Below are positions 27,309 to 38,150 of a DNA stretch of 64,000 nt, piece by piece. The translations under genes and the position numbers were made by a program. Under the pieces are notes generated by a model, which did not search any database, was not told where the DNA came from, and saw nothing but the letters and a program-made list of their open reading frames with translations. The DNA is from an uncultured virus (IMG/VR IMGVR_UViG_3300034110_001238). Its lineage: Duplodnaviria; Heunggongvirae; Uroviricota; Caudoviricetes. The DNA is taken from IMG/VR virus record IMGVR_UViG_3300034110_001238. The stretch is one strand, 5' to 3'. Each line of letters starts with the position of its first letter. The first letter of the stretch is position 1.

Positions 27309-29225
27309 TTATGAACGACATAATGCACTACCACTTGTTGATCCTTGCAAAACATAATTGTAACCGCCATTACTAAAGTTTTTTGGTTGACCAGTATAAA
27401 ATGCTTTTCCAGCCCAATAAGCAACCATTGTCGTTGGTCCATATAATCTTATTTCATTTGCATTACTCATATGAAGAATCCACTGACCATTACATTCTTG
27501 AACAATCTTTGTTCCTGTCGCTGATCTTGTAGAAGATACTGTAATTGACTGTGTTTCAGTGAATGCTGAACCATTATTACGAATAGCCCCAGTCGTTGTC
27601 TCTCTATCTCTATTTTGAGTTGAACGTGTTTGGCTTTGTGAACAATTAGTCGCTGTTTGTGTAAAACCAGTCCCTGCTGCAACGGTTGATGGATCTGGTG
27701 TCCAATTTGAACAACCAGTGACTGCACCACTATTAACCCAATCAGTTGATGTTGGTGTTGTAGCCACCCAAGTTTCTTTTGTGCCAGTAGATGAACGTGT
27801 AGACGATGTTGTAATTGTCTGATTTTCAGTTACTGCTACTCCTTTATTACGAACAGCCCCAGTCGTTGTTTCTTGTTCACGATCTTGTCTTGAACGAGTT
27901 TGAGCTTGCTGGCAATCAGTTGCTGTTTGAGTAAATGCTTGTCCAATAGTTACAGTAGCTGGTGCTGGTGTCCAGTTTGAACAACTTGTCACCGAACCAT
28001 TATTAACCCAAGCTGTATACGTTGAAGTTGTCGCAGACCAAGTTTCTTTTGTTCCTACTGCTGCTTGTGTCGATGATACTGTAATTGTTTGGTTCTCTGT
28101 CACTGCTGAGCCTATATTTCTAACTGCTCCTGTAGTTCCTTCAATTTCTCTATCTTGTCTTGAACGAGTTTGATCCTGCTTGCAATCAGTAGCCGTTTGT
28201 GTAAAAGCTTGTCCAATAGTAATAGTTGCAGGAGAAGGTGCCCAGTTACTACAAGCGGTAATTGATCCAGTATTAGTCCAATTAGTATAAGTCGAAGTAG
28301 TTGCCGTCCACGATTCTTTAGTTCCAACCGCTGCTCGTGTTGAAGTAGCTGTAATAATTTTATTTTCTACAACAGATAAACCTTTATTACGAATTTCAAG
28401 TGTTGTTGTTTCTTGCTCACGATCTTGTTTGTTACGAGTTTGAGGTTGTTTACAATCAGTAGCCGTTTGAGTAAACGATTGATTAATTGTCACTGTTGTT
28501 GTAGCTGGTGACCAATTTGTACAGCTATTTAATGCACCATTATTCGCCCATTCCGTATATGTTGGAGCTATCAACGCCCACGTTTCTTTTGTACCCGTAG
28601 CTTGTCTGTTTGATGAGGCTACAATATTTTGATTTTCAAGAATTGCATTTCCTTTATCACGAATCGAAAGTGTCGTTGTTTCTTGTTCACGTTCTTGCTT
28701 ATAACGAGTTTGAGGTTGAGCACAATCAGTAGCCGTTTGAGTGAATGCTTCATTAATGGTTACACTTGATGGTGCTGGTGACCAGTTAGTACAACTATTT
28801 AAAATACCACTATTAACCCAATTTGTATAAGTAGGACTTATAGATAACCATGTTTCCAGTGAACCAATTGCTTGGCGTAAATCACTAGCAGTGATTGTAT
28901 TGTATTCTGTGTAAGGTGCTCCTGAATTACGTGTAGTTCCCGTCACTGAATCAGTTTCTCTTTTTTGAACACTTCGTTCTTGATCTTGCTTACAATCATT
29001 AGCTTGTTGATTAAATTTTTCACCAACAGTAACAGTTGAAGGATTTGGTGACCAATTAGAACAATCATAGATATTTCCTATGTTCATCCAATCTCCTAAT
29101 AATGGAGTAGCAGTTGACCAACTATAAAATTGTATTTTAGAATTAAGTGGGATAGTGACAGTGTAATCTGCATGAACCGAGCTTAAAGCTAAAGTAGCGA
29201 TTGCTACAAAGGCTATTTTTTTCAT
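27309..29225 (-). CDS. secreted protein with six 90-aa Trp/Cys/Thr-rich repeats (ADY-type family)
   Basis: Signal peptide MKKIAF...VHA-DY; repeated WxNxGxxxxCxNWxP...FTQTATDCxQxQTR. Confidence 0.85.
   Translation of the reverse strand: MKKIAFVAIATLALSSVHADYTVTIPLNSKIQFYSWSTATPLLGDWMNIGNIYDCSNWSPNPSTVTVGEKFNQQANDCKQDQERSVQKRETDSVTGTTRNSGAPYTEYNTITASDLRQAIGSLETWLSISPTYTNWVNSGILNSCTNWSPAPSSVTINEAFTQTATDCAQPQTRYKQEREQETTTLSIRDKGNAILENQNIVASSNRQATGTKETWALIAPTYTEWANNGALNSCTNWSPATTTVTINQSFTQTATDCKQPQTRNKQDREQETTTLEIRNKGLSVVENKIITATSTRAAVGTKESWTATTSTYTNWTNTGSITACSNWAPSPATITIGQAFTQTATDCKQDQTRSRQDREIEGTTGAVRNIGSAVTENQTITVSSTQAAVGTKETWSATTSTYTAWVNNGSVTSCSNWTPAPATVTIGQAFTQTATDCQQAQTRSRQDREQETTTGAVRNKGVAVTENQTITTSSTRSSTGTKETWVATTPTSTDWVNSGAVTGCSNWTPDPSTVAAGTGFTQTATNCSQSQTRSTQNRDRETTTGAIRNNGSAFTETQSITVSSTRSATGTKIVQECNGQWILHMSNANEIRLYGPTTMVAYWAGKAFYTGQPKNFSNGGYNYVLQGSTSGSALCRS
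27511..29130. repeat. six imperfect 270-bp tandem coding repeats
   Basis: Equivalent positions at 27511, 27781, 28051, 28321, 28591 and 28861. Confidence 0.9.
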
Positions 29226-29323
29226 GTTTAACTTTTTATTGTTATTTGTATAATAATGTAACATATATATTAAAATACACAACAAAAAAAAGAGCCTAAG
29301 CTCCTTTTTGTATCGGATTGTAT

Positions 29324-30160
29324 TTAATTCAAACCTTGTTTTACTCGTTTACGAACGGCGACTGGATATTTTTCAAGTTGTTCATCAACATCTTTCGAAA
29401 TTGCAGCTTGTTTATCAGCTAATGCTTTACGAGTATCAACAACAGCCTGCTTTTTTCCTACAATATCCGCTTTCGAAGTAAGACTTTGACGATCAATTTT
29501 AAGCTGCTTATCAATTTCTTTAATACGTTCTAGTAACTGCTCTCTTTCAGCAGTGAGTGGAGAATCAGCTATTTTTTTGTTAATTACACGCTGAGCCTTA
29601 TCCAAACTTTTCTCAGCCGCTGTAATTTTTTCATCAAGACCTTCATTTTCAAGCTCTTTCAGTTTTTTGCTTAAAAATTTGCTGACATCACTGGTTGCAC
29701 TTTTAAGATCACTCGCAAGGTCAATGACTTCTTTTAACATATGCTTGGAAAAGAGAGTAAGAACTTGTGGAAAATCAAAATCCACTTTCATACGATTAAT
29801 TCTCGCCGCTTCCATGTCCTTGTTCAAAGCATTGAGATTGGTCTTGAATTCGTCCAATGTCATATTAAAACTGTTTTTGATATCGCCATCATTAGAAAGT
29901 TTAACAGAGCCAACTACTCGTTGCTTGTCTGCTGAAAGTCCTATGTATTCAAAAACCAATGCAAAAGAAGCATCTGAATACTTGTCTTTAAAAATAAGCA
30001 CATAATCTGATGCAACACCTTTTGAATATCCACCATCATAATTACTCTTAGGAGCGGTCTTATTTAATTCAGTTTTTTCACAAATACTAGTCAGGTTATT
30101 TTTGAGAGTAGTTAGACCTGTGCTGTATCGTTTCATTGGAGTCATTTCAGTGCTCATCAT
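29324..30160 (-). CDS. coiled-coil hypothetical protein
   Basis: GAGGA RBS; helical C-terminal half. Confidence 0.75.
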   Translation of the reverse strand: MMSTEMTPMKRYSTGLTTLKNNLTSICEKTELNKTAPKSNYDGGYSKGVASDYVLIFKDKYSDASFALVFEYIGLSADKQRVVGSVKLSNDGDIKNSFNMTLDEFKTNLNALNKDMEAARINRMKVDFDFPQVLTLFSKHMLKEVIDLASDLKSATSDVSKFLSKKLKELENEGLDEKITAAEKSLDKAQRVINKKIADSPLTAEREQLLERIKEIDKQLKIDRQSLTSKADIVGKKQAVVDTRKALADKQAAISKDVDEQLEKYPVAVRKRVKQGLN

Positions 30161-30260
30161 TACTTCCTCATGTTTATTTTATTAGTATAGCATAGACCAC
30201 GAAAAAATGACACTTTTTTTTAAATGTGCTTTTGTCTGTGTAATTTTTTAAATAACAGGC

Positions 30261-30339
30261 AAAAAAAAACTACATTTCTGTAATTTTTTCTTCTAACCCA
30301 AGGAGAACAACATGCATTGTAACGTAACCAACGTTACAC
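30261..30339 (-). ncRNA. candidate ~80 nt sRNA with anti-RBS seed
   Basis: TTGACA(30374-69)-17-TATTAT promoter; hairpin TGTAACGT/ACGTTACA; CATGTTGTTCTCCTT; terminal hairpin + T9. Confidence 0.6.
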
Positions 30340-30532
30340 ATTATCATAATAAGGCACAATGATATCATTGTCAATAAACACATTTCACTTTTTAATATTT
30401 TATTTTAAATAAATGATTTTTTAGTTATTTGTTAGACATTATAGTTTTTGACTATTAAAAGTATAATCATAATAAATCTCATGACTTATTGATTATTTTT
30501 ATTTTTCAAAGTATAATTATGTAATCAAATAA

Positions 30533-31483
<951 letters not shown>

Positions 31484-31549
31484 TTAAGAACCAATACCAA
31501 TAAAAAAGCCTGATATGATGTCAGGCTTTTTATTGTCTATTCTATTTGT

Positions 31550-32197
31550 TTAAATAGGTGTTCTGCATATTTGATAATAGTGGTACCACAGGCTATCATT
31601 ATACAATGATTTATATTGGAATGTTGATCTTTTATACTTGTAATTACCTACAACAAACTCAGTAGGTTGGTTACCACCACCTACACCCATCGTGTTTTTT
31701 ACTTGAATGCCATCCCACGTCAAAACAGAACCTTTACCATCAGTCGCTCCGACTGATCTTGATACATCATACCAATGAAAGTTCTTTCCAGACATCGAAT
31801 ATCTACATTCTTCTGCTGGTAATGTGCCTATGCTTTGAACTTTATACGAATAGTCACTCTTGACTCTAGTTTCTTTGATTTCGCCATTAGGTTTTGTAGC
31901 TCCCGTATCTTTTCTGATCAAATACTTAGTTTCGATTCTTTCTTGATTGATATCACACTGAGAAAATGTTTTTTCATAGGTTTGTCCTAATGTGACCGTA
32001 TTTTCTAAGGGTGTAGCTGACTTACAATTGCTTGGAGATCCCACATTAGTCCATTCAGAATATTGTGAATCAGTTTCTTCCCATTTAGGAATATCTTTAA
32101 ATTTCACAAATTTTACTGGATATATAATGGTATAGTCAGCTAACGAATTTACTCCTATGATGCTGATGATAATAGATAAAGATAATTTTAAGAACAT
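31550..32197 (-). CDS. secreted protein with one Trp/Cys repeat (ADY-type family)
   Basis: SLA-DY signal cleavage; YSEWTNVGSPSNC...VTLGQ; C-terminal YYQICR. Confidence 0.75.
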   Translation of the reverse strand: MFLKLSLSIIISIIGVNSLADYTIIYPVKFVKFKDIPKWEETDSQYSEWTNVGSPSNCKSATPLENTVTLGQTYEKTFSQCDINQERIETKYLIRKDTGATKPNGEIKETRVKSDYSYKVQSIGTLPAEECRYSMSGKNFHWYDVSRSVGATDGKGSVLTWDGIQVKNTMGVGGGNQPTEFVVGNYKYKRSTFQYKSLYNDSLWYHYYQICRTPI

Positions 32198-32263
32198 AGT
32201 TTTTATTTTTCTTGTTTTTATTATTATAATACTATACAAACGATATGTCAATAAATTGACTTT

Positions 32264-33106
32264 TTAAATTTGTTCCATTTCTAAGACTAAAACATAGTCG
32301 TCAAAATTATCAGCTCTAATCAAATCACTTAATATTGGGAAATCTACAAAACATTTTTGTAATTCAACCAATCTAGTTGAAGTTAATGATTGAAAATGTT
32401 CATTCTCAAAAAGTATCATAAATTTACTGTAACTATTAGTACGATTACCAACAAATGCTGACAAAAGATTTGATAGTGAAATGGCTGAACCTTGTGATGT
32501 AAGACCTTGCACTACTGTAAAACCTTGCGAATTAGTAATTTGACTCGTTTTTTCATCACTCAAAACATATTCCAGCTTACATTGATCCTGTTTAATCTTA
32601 TAGGAACATTCTATACGACCAGAAATTGATTTGTTTTTAGAATGCACATCATGCATTGCCGCCAATGACAGTCTATAATAGCGATCAATCATAAAATAAC
32701 TTTCTGGATGATATTTTATAAAATTAAGCAACTCATCTTTCTCGCCATAAAAAGAAACAATAATTCTTAAAATATTACCATCTTGATAATAAACTTGTCC
32801 CTGAATAGATTTATTATAGTCATTATACTTCTTATAAAACAATGACATTTTTTTAGCCGTTGTTTTTTTTATATTAAATGAATAATTGTAAACAGTAATA
32901 GCAGATGACTTAAAAGTATTTGTATTTTTCCAATTATTTTTATTAATTTTCGCTTTATCTGGAATAGGATCATCTTTTCTGACACTTAACGAAAAGCAAT
33001 CAACTAATAATGTTTGTGCCGCAAAAGATTTAATAAAATTAAAGATACGGCCTACTGCAACTTCATTTTTATCAAATGAACTAATCATTCTTGGTTGATA
33101 CTTCAT
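32264..33106 (-). CDS. hypothetical protein (C-terminal MxxI motif)
   Basis: Ends VLEMEQI. Confidence 0.75.
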   Translation of the reverse strand: MKYQPRMISSFDKNEVAVGRIFNFIKSFAAQTLLVDCFSLSVRKDDPIPDKAKINKNNWKNTNTFKSSAITVYNYSFNIKKTTAKKMSLFYKKYNDYNKSIQGQVYYQDGNILRIIVSFYGEKDELLNFIKYHPESYFMIDRYYRLSLAAMHDVHSKNKSISGRIECSYKIKQDQCKLEYVLSDEKTSQITNSQGFTVVQGLTSQGSAISLSNLLSAFVGNRTNSYSKFMILFENEHFQSLTSTRLVELQKCFVDFPILSDLIRADNFDDYVLVLEMEQI

Positions 33107-33107
33107 G

Positions 33108-33346
33108 TTAAATCTCCATCATGTTGTATAAGTCAATTTTTTCTTTATAACTCGATCCAGCAATCTCAATATGATTCTTTTTAAAATATTTATCAAGATA
33201 GTCCTGAACAACTAATAAAAAATTTTCACAATTGCTTTCTCTTTCATCTACTTCACTGTAGTAAGTCATTTTAAACTCATAAGTCACTTCTGATATCGCA
33301 TATATAACGATTTCTGTGCCTTAATTTCGAAATTAATTTTTTTCAT
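33108..33346 (-). pseudogene. internally deleted / frameshifted paralog of the 33347 gene
   Basis: MKKINFEIK start is out of frame with ISEVTYEFK...YKEKIDLYNMMEI*, which aligns with the neighbour's C-terminus. Confidence 0.65.
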
Positions 33347-33949
33347 TCAAATCACAATCATGCTGTAAAGATCGAGTTTACGCTTGTAGTCAGCACCACT
33401 CACATCGACATCTGTTTTAGCAAAGTAATCATCAAGATGGCGATCCACATAAGAAATATAATCGGTACAGCTCTCAGACTGACCATTTTCTTTGACATTA
33501 AATGAGATTTCAAACTCGTAGCTCACATTGCTAATTTTATGACGAAGAATACCACGCTCATCATGCACTTGATCAACATCACATTTAATAAGCAAGTAAG
33601 GTTTACCATTGTAAGATGCTTTTGTGATTTGCTTGAAAATTGGCAAATAGTCTTTTGCTTTTTTAATATGATTTTTAATAACACCACTATTAATCGTCAT
33701 CCCATTAGCTTTATTAAACCCATTATCTAAAGGAATACGAACAAACAACGAAAGATTTTCAATTTGCTTAGTGTATTTAAAATCCATGACCATAATACGA
33801 AGATCGTTGGATGAAAGATAGTTCTCAGTATTGTAATAAATGGTGAGATCTTTTTTACCATAATAATAAGTAGTGCGGCCTTTTTCAACCGTTAAATCAA
33901 AATAAGCTTGAAAAGTATTAAGGAACTTATCGCTATCAAATGTTTTCAT
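33347..33949 (-). CDS. hypothetical protein (C-terminal MxxI motif)
   Basis: Start MKTFD after AAGGT RBS; ends LYSMIVI. Confidence 0.75.
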   Translation of the reverse strand: MKTFDSDKFLNTFQAYFDLTVEKGRTTYYYGKKDLTIYYNTENYLSSNDLRIMVMDFKYTKQIENLSLFVRIPLDNGFNKANGMTINSGVIKNHIKKAKDYLPIFKQITKASYNGKPYLLIKCDVDQVHDERGILRHKISNVSYEFEISFNVKENGQSESCTDYISYVDRHLDDYFAKTDVDVSGADYKRKLDLYSMIVI

Positions 33950-34019
33950 AGTAGTTTTACCTTCTCTATAATTTTCTAATGACATATTATAGCAAATTCT
34001 TAACAATAAAGCTACTAAT

Positions 34020-34652
34020 TTAAAAGTTAGCTGACAATTTATTTGCAATATTATAGAGCCATACACGCTCATTCATACTGAGTTGTTCGTAGTGATGCTT
34101 GTTGATATAGAAGTTTGATTTAAGCTTATCATCAACGTGTTTAAATATATTTTGTATACTGACTATCTTGTAACCACTATACAATCTATATTGTACTTGA
34201 AAATCAAAATGTATGTCTTCTAAAAGATAAGTCAAATTTCGATGAATGTCAGTGGTAATTACCAGATCTGCTGAAATTAGTAAGTTAGACGTATAATAAT
34301 CCTCAAACAAATCAGTTTTACTTTTACCAGCAATTTCTAATGAATGGTATACAGGTAGATATTGCTTGGTGAGTTCAATGCCAGCCAGAATTTGTAGATT
34401 GTCAATCGGATAGTTTAAAACAATATTTTTATTGATAATTTCAAAAGGTATTTTTAAGCTTACTTCATTTTTACTGTAATTCTCATTGTGTCTTAAAGAA
34501 GCTTCAAACAACACCAAATCATCCGATTTACGGTTACATGAAATAAAGTTTTTATCATCATAGTAGCCTGAAAATCGGTTATGTTCTGGTAGTTTTATAT
34601 CTATTTCTGATTGAATATCAATCATGAATTTATCATAATCAACGTATAACAT
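34020..34652 (-). CDS. hypothetical protein, probable paralog of 33347
   Basis: Shared DxDKF, IP and YLP pattern. Confidence 0.7.
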   Translation of the reverse strand: MLYVDYDKFMIDIQSEIDIKLPEHNRFSGYYDDKNFISCNRKSDDLVLFEASLRHNENYSKNEVSLKIPFEIINKNIVLNYPIDNLQILAGIELTKQYLPVYHSLEIAGKSKTDLFEDYYTSNLLISADLVITTDIHRNLTYLLEDIHFDFQVQYRLYSGYKIVSIQNIFKHVDDKLKSNFYINKHHYEQLSMNERVWLYNIANKLSANF

Positions 34653-34661
34653 GAAAATTCC

Positions 34662-35372
34662 TTAAACATTCAACATAGGCAGTAATTTATAATCCATTAA
34701 TGTAATTTCACTGACAGGTTTATTTAACATCTTAGCGACATATTTAAAGAATTCTGTTTTAATCTCATCAATTGAATCCCATCTCTCACAAGAAAAGCCA
34801 ATATCAGGATGTTGAAACTCATATCTTACGTTTTGAACCATCTCACATGTTTTGGTGCAAATGCCATAAAATATTTTAATAGTAAAATGTTTTTGGTTGT
34901 AAATATCTTCTTCGAATAATCTCACTGTAAAACGATACTGATTACCTGACCAGTAAAAATGGTCTTTAAGATCTTCCAATGAATTAACAGAATAAACAAT
35001 GTCTTTACCCAAAATGAAAGCATACATTAATCTAAATTCATTAATAACCTGATTAATATGTTCAAAATCTATTTTTGGAGCCTTTGAAAAAATCTCAAAG
35101 AAACGATCAAAACCAGTTTCTGAATTGATATCTATATCTATGTAATCTTCTTTATGATTATACTCACCCATAAAATATGAACCATAAAAAGGTTTATCTG
35201 GATCATCATAACTTAATGCAAAACCAGATTCTTTTGCATAAAACTCAGAAGCCCAAGGTAAATTAACCATTTTTTCAAAAACTGGTGTAATAATCTCTCT
35301 GGTTTTATTAGTATTTTCTATTTGTTCCTCAACCAATTTCATAATGGCTGCTTCGTCATATTCCATAATCAT
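34662..35372 (-). CDS. hypothetical protein, paralog of 37466
   Basis: DYIxIxxxSE..F..FE.F, F..YAF..G..I; ends LLPMLNV. Confidence 0.8.
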   Translation of the reverse strand: MIMEYDEAAIMKLVEEQIENTNKTREIITPVFEKMVNLPWASEFYAKESGFALSYDDPDKPFYGSYFMGEYNHKEDYIDIDINSETGFDRFFEIFSKAPKIDFEHINQVINEFRLMYAFILGKDIVYSVNSLEDLKDHFYWSGNQYRFTVRLFEEDIYNQKHFTIKIFYGICTKTCEMVQNVRYEFQHPDIGFSCERWDSIDEIKTEFFKYVAKMLNKPVSEITLMDYKLLPMLNV

Positions 35373-35513
35373 TAACTCTCAATAGTTTGGTAATAATAAT
35401 TTAGTGAAAAATCATTATTAAATTTTAATGATTATATCAAATAAATTTTAAAATAACAACAAAAAACAGCCTACTGGCTGTTATATTTGTCAAATCGTAG
35501 TATTCATCTCATT

Positions 35514-37370
35514 TTAAGGATTTCTACAAAAATTTTTATCTAAATAATAAAGACTAAATATCATCATAATCACTTGATCATAACTACTGGCTTCTAGTTT
35601 ACCACTTCTAATTAAATCAATCATGTTTAATATCTTAGCTTGATCAAAACAATGACTATTAAGAATTGTAGATGAATGCACAACATCCATTAAGTGCTCA
35701 TATACGAACTTACTGTTCTGCCAGTTAAATAAAGGAGGTGAAATGAACGGTTGTTTATCTTGGTTATAAATGGTATCGGTAATAAAAGGTTTCATTGCTT
35801 CTTTGAGAATATATTTTTCTTGTCCCATATGAATTTTCTGGTCAAGTGGAATTGTTCGAGCAAAGTTATAAAACTCAGTATCCAAGAATGGCACTCGACC
35901 TTCAATAGTATGAGCCATTTCTACTTTATCACATAGAGCATTGAGAACATAGTTGCTCATGCCTATTTTACTCCATAGAATGCTTGAATTAAAGACAGGT
36001 TTGTTCTGTTTAGATAATTCATACAAACGAATAATATAACTGGCTGGATCATGGTTTATATAATGAGCTAAGTAATCATCACGCAATGTATGTGTGTGCA
36101 TTTTAAAACCTAATGCATATTTAGTTTTCAAGAATGTAGGTACAAAACCTAATTCCTTTTCAATTTTAGCTGTATTTAAAATTTCTGCTAAGTTATCTAG
36201 TCCTGAAATATACTTGTTATTTTCAATATTAAGACCATAACCCATATCCATCTTGAAATGTGGGTATCCTAATAAAATCTCATCAGCACCCTCACCACTA
36301 AGGGAGACTTTACAACCATCATCAGACATTTTCTTAAACAACAAATATTTAGAAGCCACATGCATATTCATTGAAACGTTTTCTGAATGATATAATGATT
36401 GCTCTAAATTCTTCAACAATATATTTTCATCAACAATGATAGGTGTAAAGTTTGCTGAATAACGTTTCGCCATTTCTTCTGCAGCTTTCAACTCATCATA
36501 ATCATCACCATTTTTAAAACTAATAGTATAGGCATTGAGATTTGGTCTACATTCTGCTGCTAACGCAAGAACAGATGCAGAGTCAATACCACCACTGAGA
36601 GCAATTCCTGTCTTTTTAGTGTTCTCAATACGTCTTCTAACGCTATTTCTAAGGGTAGACAGCAAAATGATTTTGTTTTCTTCAAAGGTATTTGTGTTTT
36701 CTTCAAAACTCATGTTGAAATAGGTAATTTCAGAGAATGTTCGCTTATTGACATCAATCAATAATACAGTGCCGGGTTGAACTTGTTTTACTTCATCAAA
36801 TAAGGTGTTGTATGTGTCATGGTATTGCATGGTTAACACACTGTATAATGAGTTTGGATCAAAAGCCAAGCTGTGTAATGCCAAAAATCCTTTTATTTCT
36901 GATGCAACATAGACGTTTTCATTGTGTCTGTAAATATAGAGTGGTTTAATTCCGAATGAATCTCGCCCAAGGTAGACTTTGTTTTTAATACTGTCATAAA
37001 GGAAAAACGAGAATTCACCATTCAATTTGCCATTCTCTAAATACTTGAACAACAAACCTCTCTGGTAGAGTTGAATAATCATTTCAGAATCTGAGTTTGT
37101 CTCCACACTCATATTGAATTCTTTAATGATCTCTTGATAATCATAAAACTCACCATTCACCGCCGCAAAGATAGTGCGTTCTTTATTACTTACAGGCTGG
37201 CGTGTTTTATCACCAGTAATACTTAATAGATTGTGACCAATGGCAACATAGTCAGTCATCATATAACCGCTGTCATCTTCACCACGATGACTAATAAGTC
37301 GTAACCCTTTTTTTATAAAATGTTTATCTGTTTTCTTATCAAATGAGATTTGACCAATAATTCCACTCAT
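35514..37370 (-). CDS. asparagine synthetase B-like protein (Cys1 replaced by Ser)
   Basis: HRG, NGEFYD, SDSE, GRDSFGIKPLY, SGGIDS, SGEGADE, EGRVPFLD. Confidence 0.9.
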   Translation of the reverse strand: MSGIIGQISFDKKTDKHFIKKGLRLISHRGEDDSGYMMTDYVAIGHNLLSITGDKTRQPVSNKERTIFAAVNGEFYDYQEIIKEFNMSVETNSDSEMIIQLYQRGLLFKYLENGKLNGEFSFFLYDSIKNKVYLGRDSFGIKPLYIYRHNENVYVASEIKGFLALHSLAFDPNSLYSVLTMQYHDTYNTLFDEVKQVQPGTVLLIDVNKRTFSEITYFNMSFEENTNTFEENKIILLSTLRNSVRRRIENTKKTGIALSGGIDSASVLALAAECRPNLNAYTISFKNGDDYDELKAAEEMAKRYSANFTPIIVDENILLKNLEQSLYHSENVSMNMHVASKYLLFKKMSDDGCKVSLSGEGADEILLGYPHFKMDMGYGLNIENNKYISGLDNLAEILNTAKIEKELGFVPTFLKTKYALGFKMHTHTLRDDYLAHYINHDPASYIIRLYELSKQNKPVFNSSILWSKIGMSNYVLNALCDKVEMAHTIEGRVPFLDTEFYNFARTIPLDQKIHMGQEKYILKEAMKPFITDTIYNQDKQPFISPPLFNWQNSKFVYEHLMDVVHSSTILNSHCFDQAKILNMIDLIRSGKLEASSYDQVIMMIFSLYYLDKNFCRNP

Positions 37371-37465
37371 ATTTAGTTATCCTTATATAGTTTAGAAATT
37401 TTTTACTCGATTTGATTAAACTATAACATCATTAAAAAAAAATAAAATAACCAAATAGGAGTTCT

Positions 37466-38149
37466 TTAAATATTTACCATTCTCAAGACCTTGTAATGTG
37501 CCAAAGTCACATCAGCTTTATCAATACCCAGTCGATGTGTAATGAATCTTTCAATAAAAGCATTTTCAAATTCTGGGTAATTACCTTTTCTAATAGCATG
37601 ATTATCTTTTGAAAATTCTCTAGCAGTAGAGTAATTATAAGAAATATGATTATTCAACATAATCGGTTGAGTATCAATACCAATACCTATACCGACTGAA
37701 AAACGAGAATCTTCCATGCCCGTTTCTTCAACAAGATGATGATAGTTGGCTCCATCATGAATATAACAATACATCAAATCAGCAGCAGTATTTATATCTT
37801 TTAGATTAATATTACGACCAAAAGCAAACGCATACAAAAATTTAAAACGATTAATATTTCTGTTTAATGTTTCATAGTCAATAGGTGTCGATTGTGGAAA
37901 AAGCTCAAACAACTTATAAAAAGCTTTCTCGCTTTTTAATTCAATACTAATATAATCATTGTAATAATATCCTAAGAAGCTAACGCCTTTAAAACGTCCT
38001 TCTGAGATATTGACATCATAACGATTACCAATATACTCGATGTTTACAACAGCATCTTCCGACATGTAAGGTAAAAGAGCCTCACGGAAAATATCCATGT
38101 GCTCAATCATTTCAGGTTCATCAGGTTCATAAATTTCATTAACAATCAT
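37466..38149 (-). CDS. hypothetical protein, paralog of 34662
   Basis: Ends VLRMVNI. Confidence 0.8.
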   Translation of the reverse strand: MIVNEIYEPDEPEMIEHMDIFREALLPYMSEDAVVNIEYIGNRYDVNISEGRFKGVSFLGYYYNDYISIELKSEKAFYKLFELFPQSTPIDYETLNRNINRFKFLYAFAFGRNINLKDINTAADLMYCYIHDGANYHHLVEETGMEDSRFSVGIGIGIDTQPIMLNNHISYNYSTAREFSKDNHAIRKGNYPEFENAFIERFITHRLGIDKADVTLAHYKVLRMVNI

Positions 38150-38150
38150 A

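Noticed and set aside
27511..29130. Regular repeats as a CRISPR array or DGR template
   Set aside because: In-frame 270-bp coding repeats with synonymous divergence; no spacers, cas genes or reverse transcriptase
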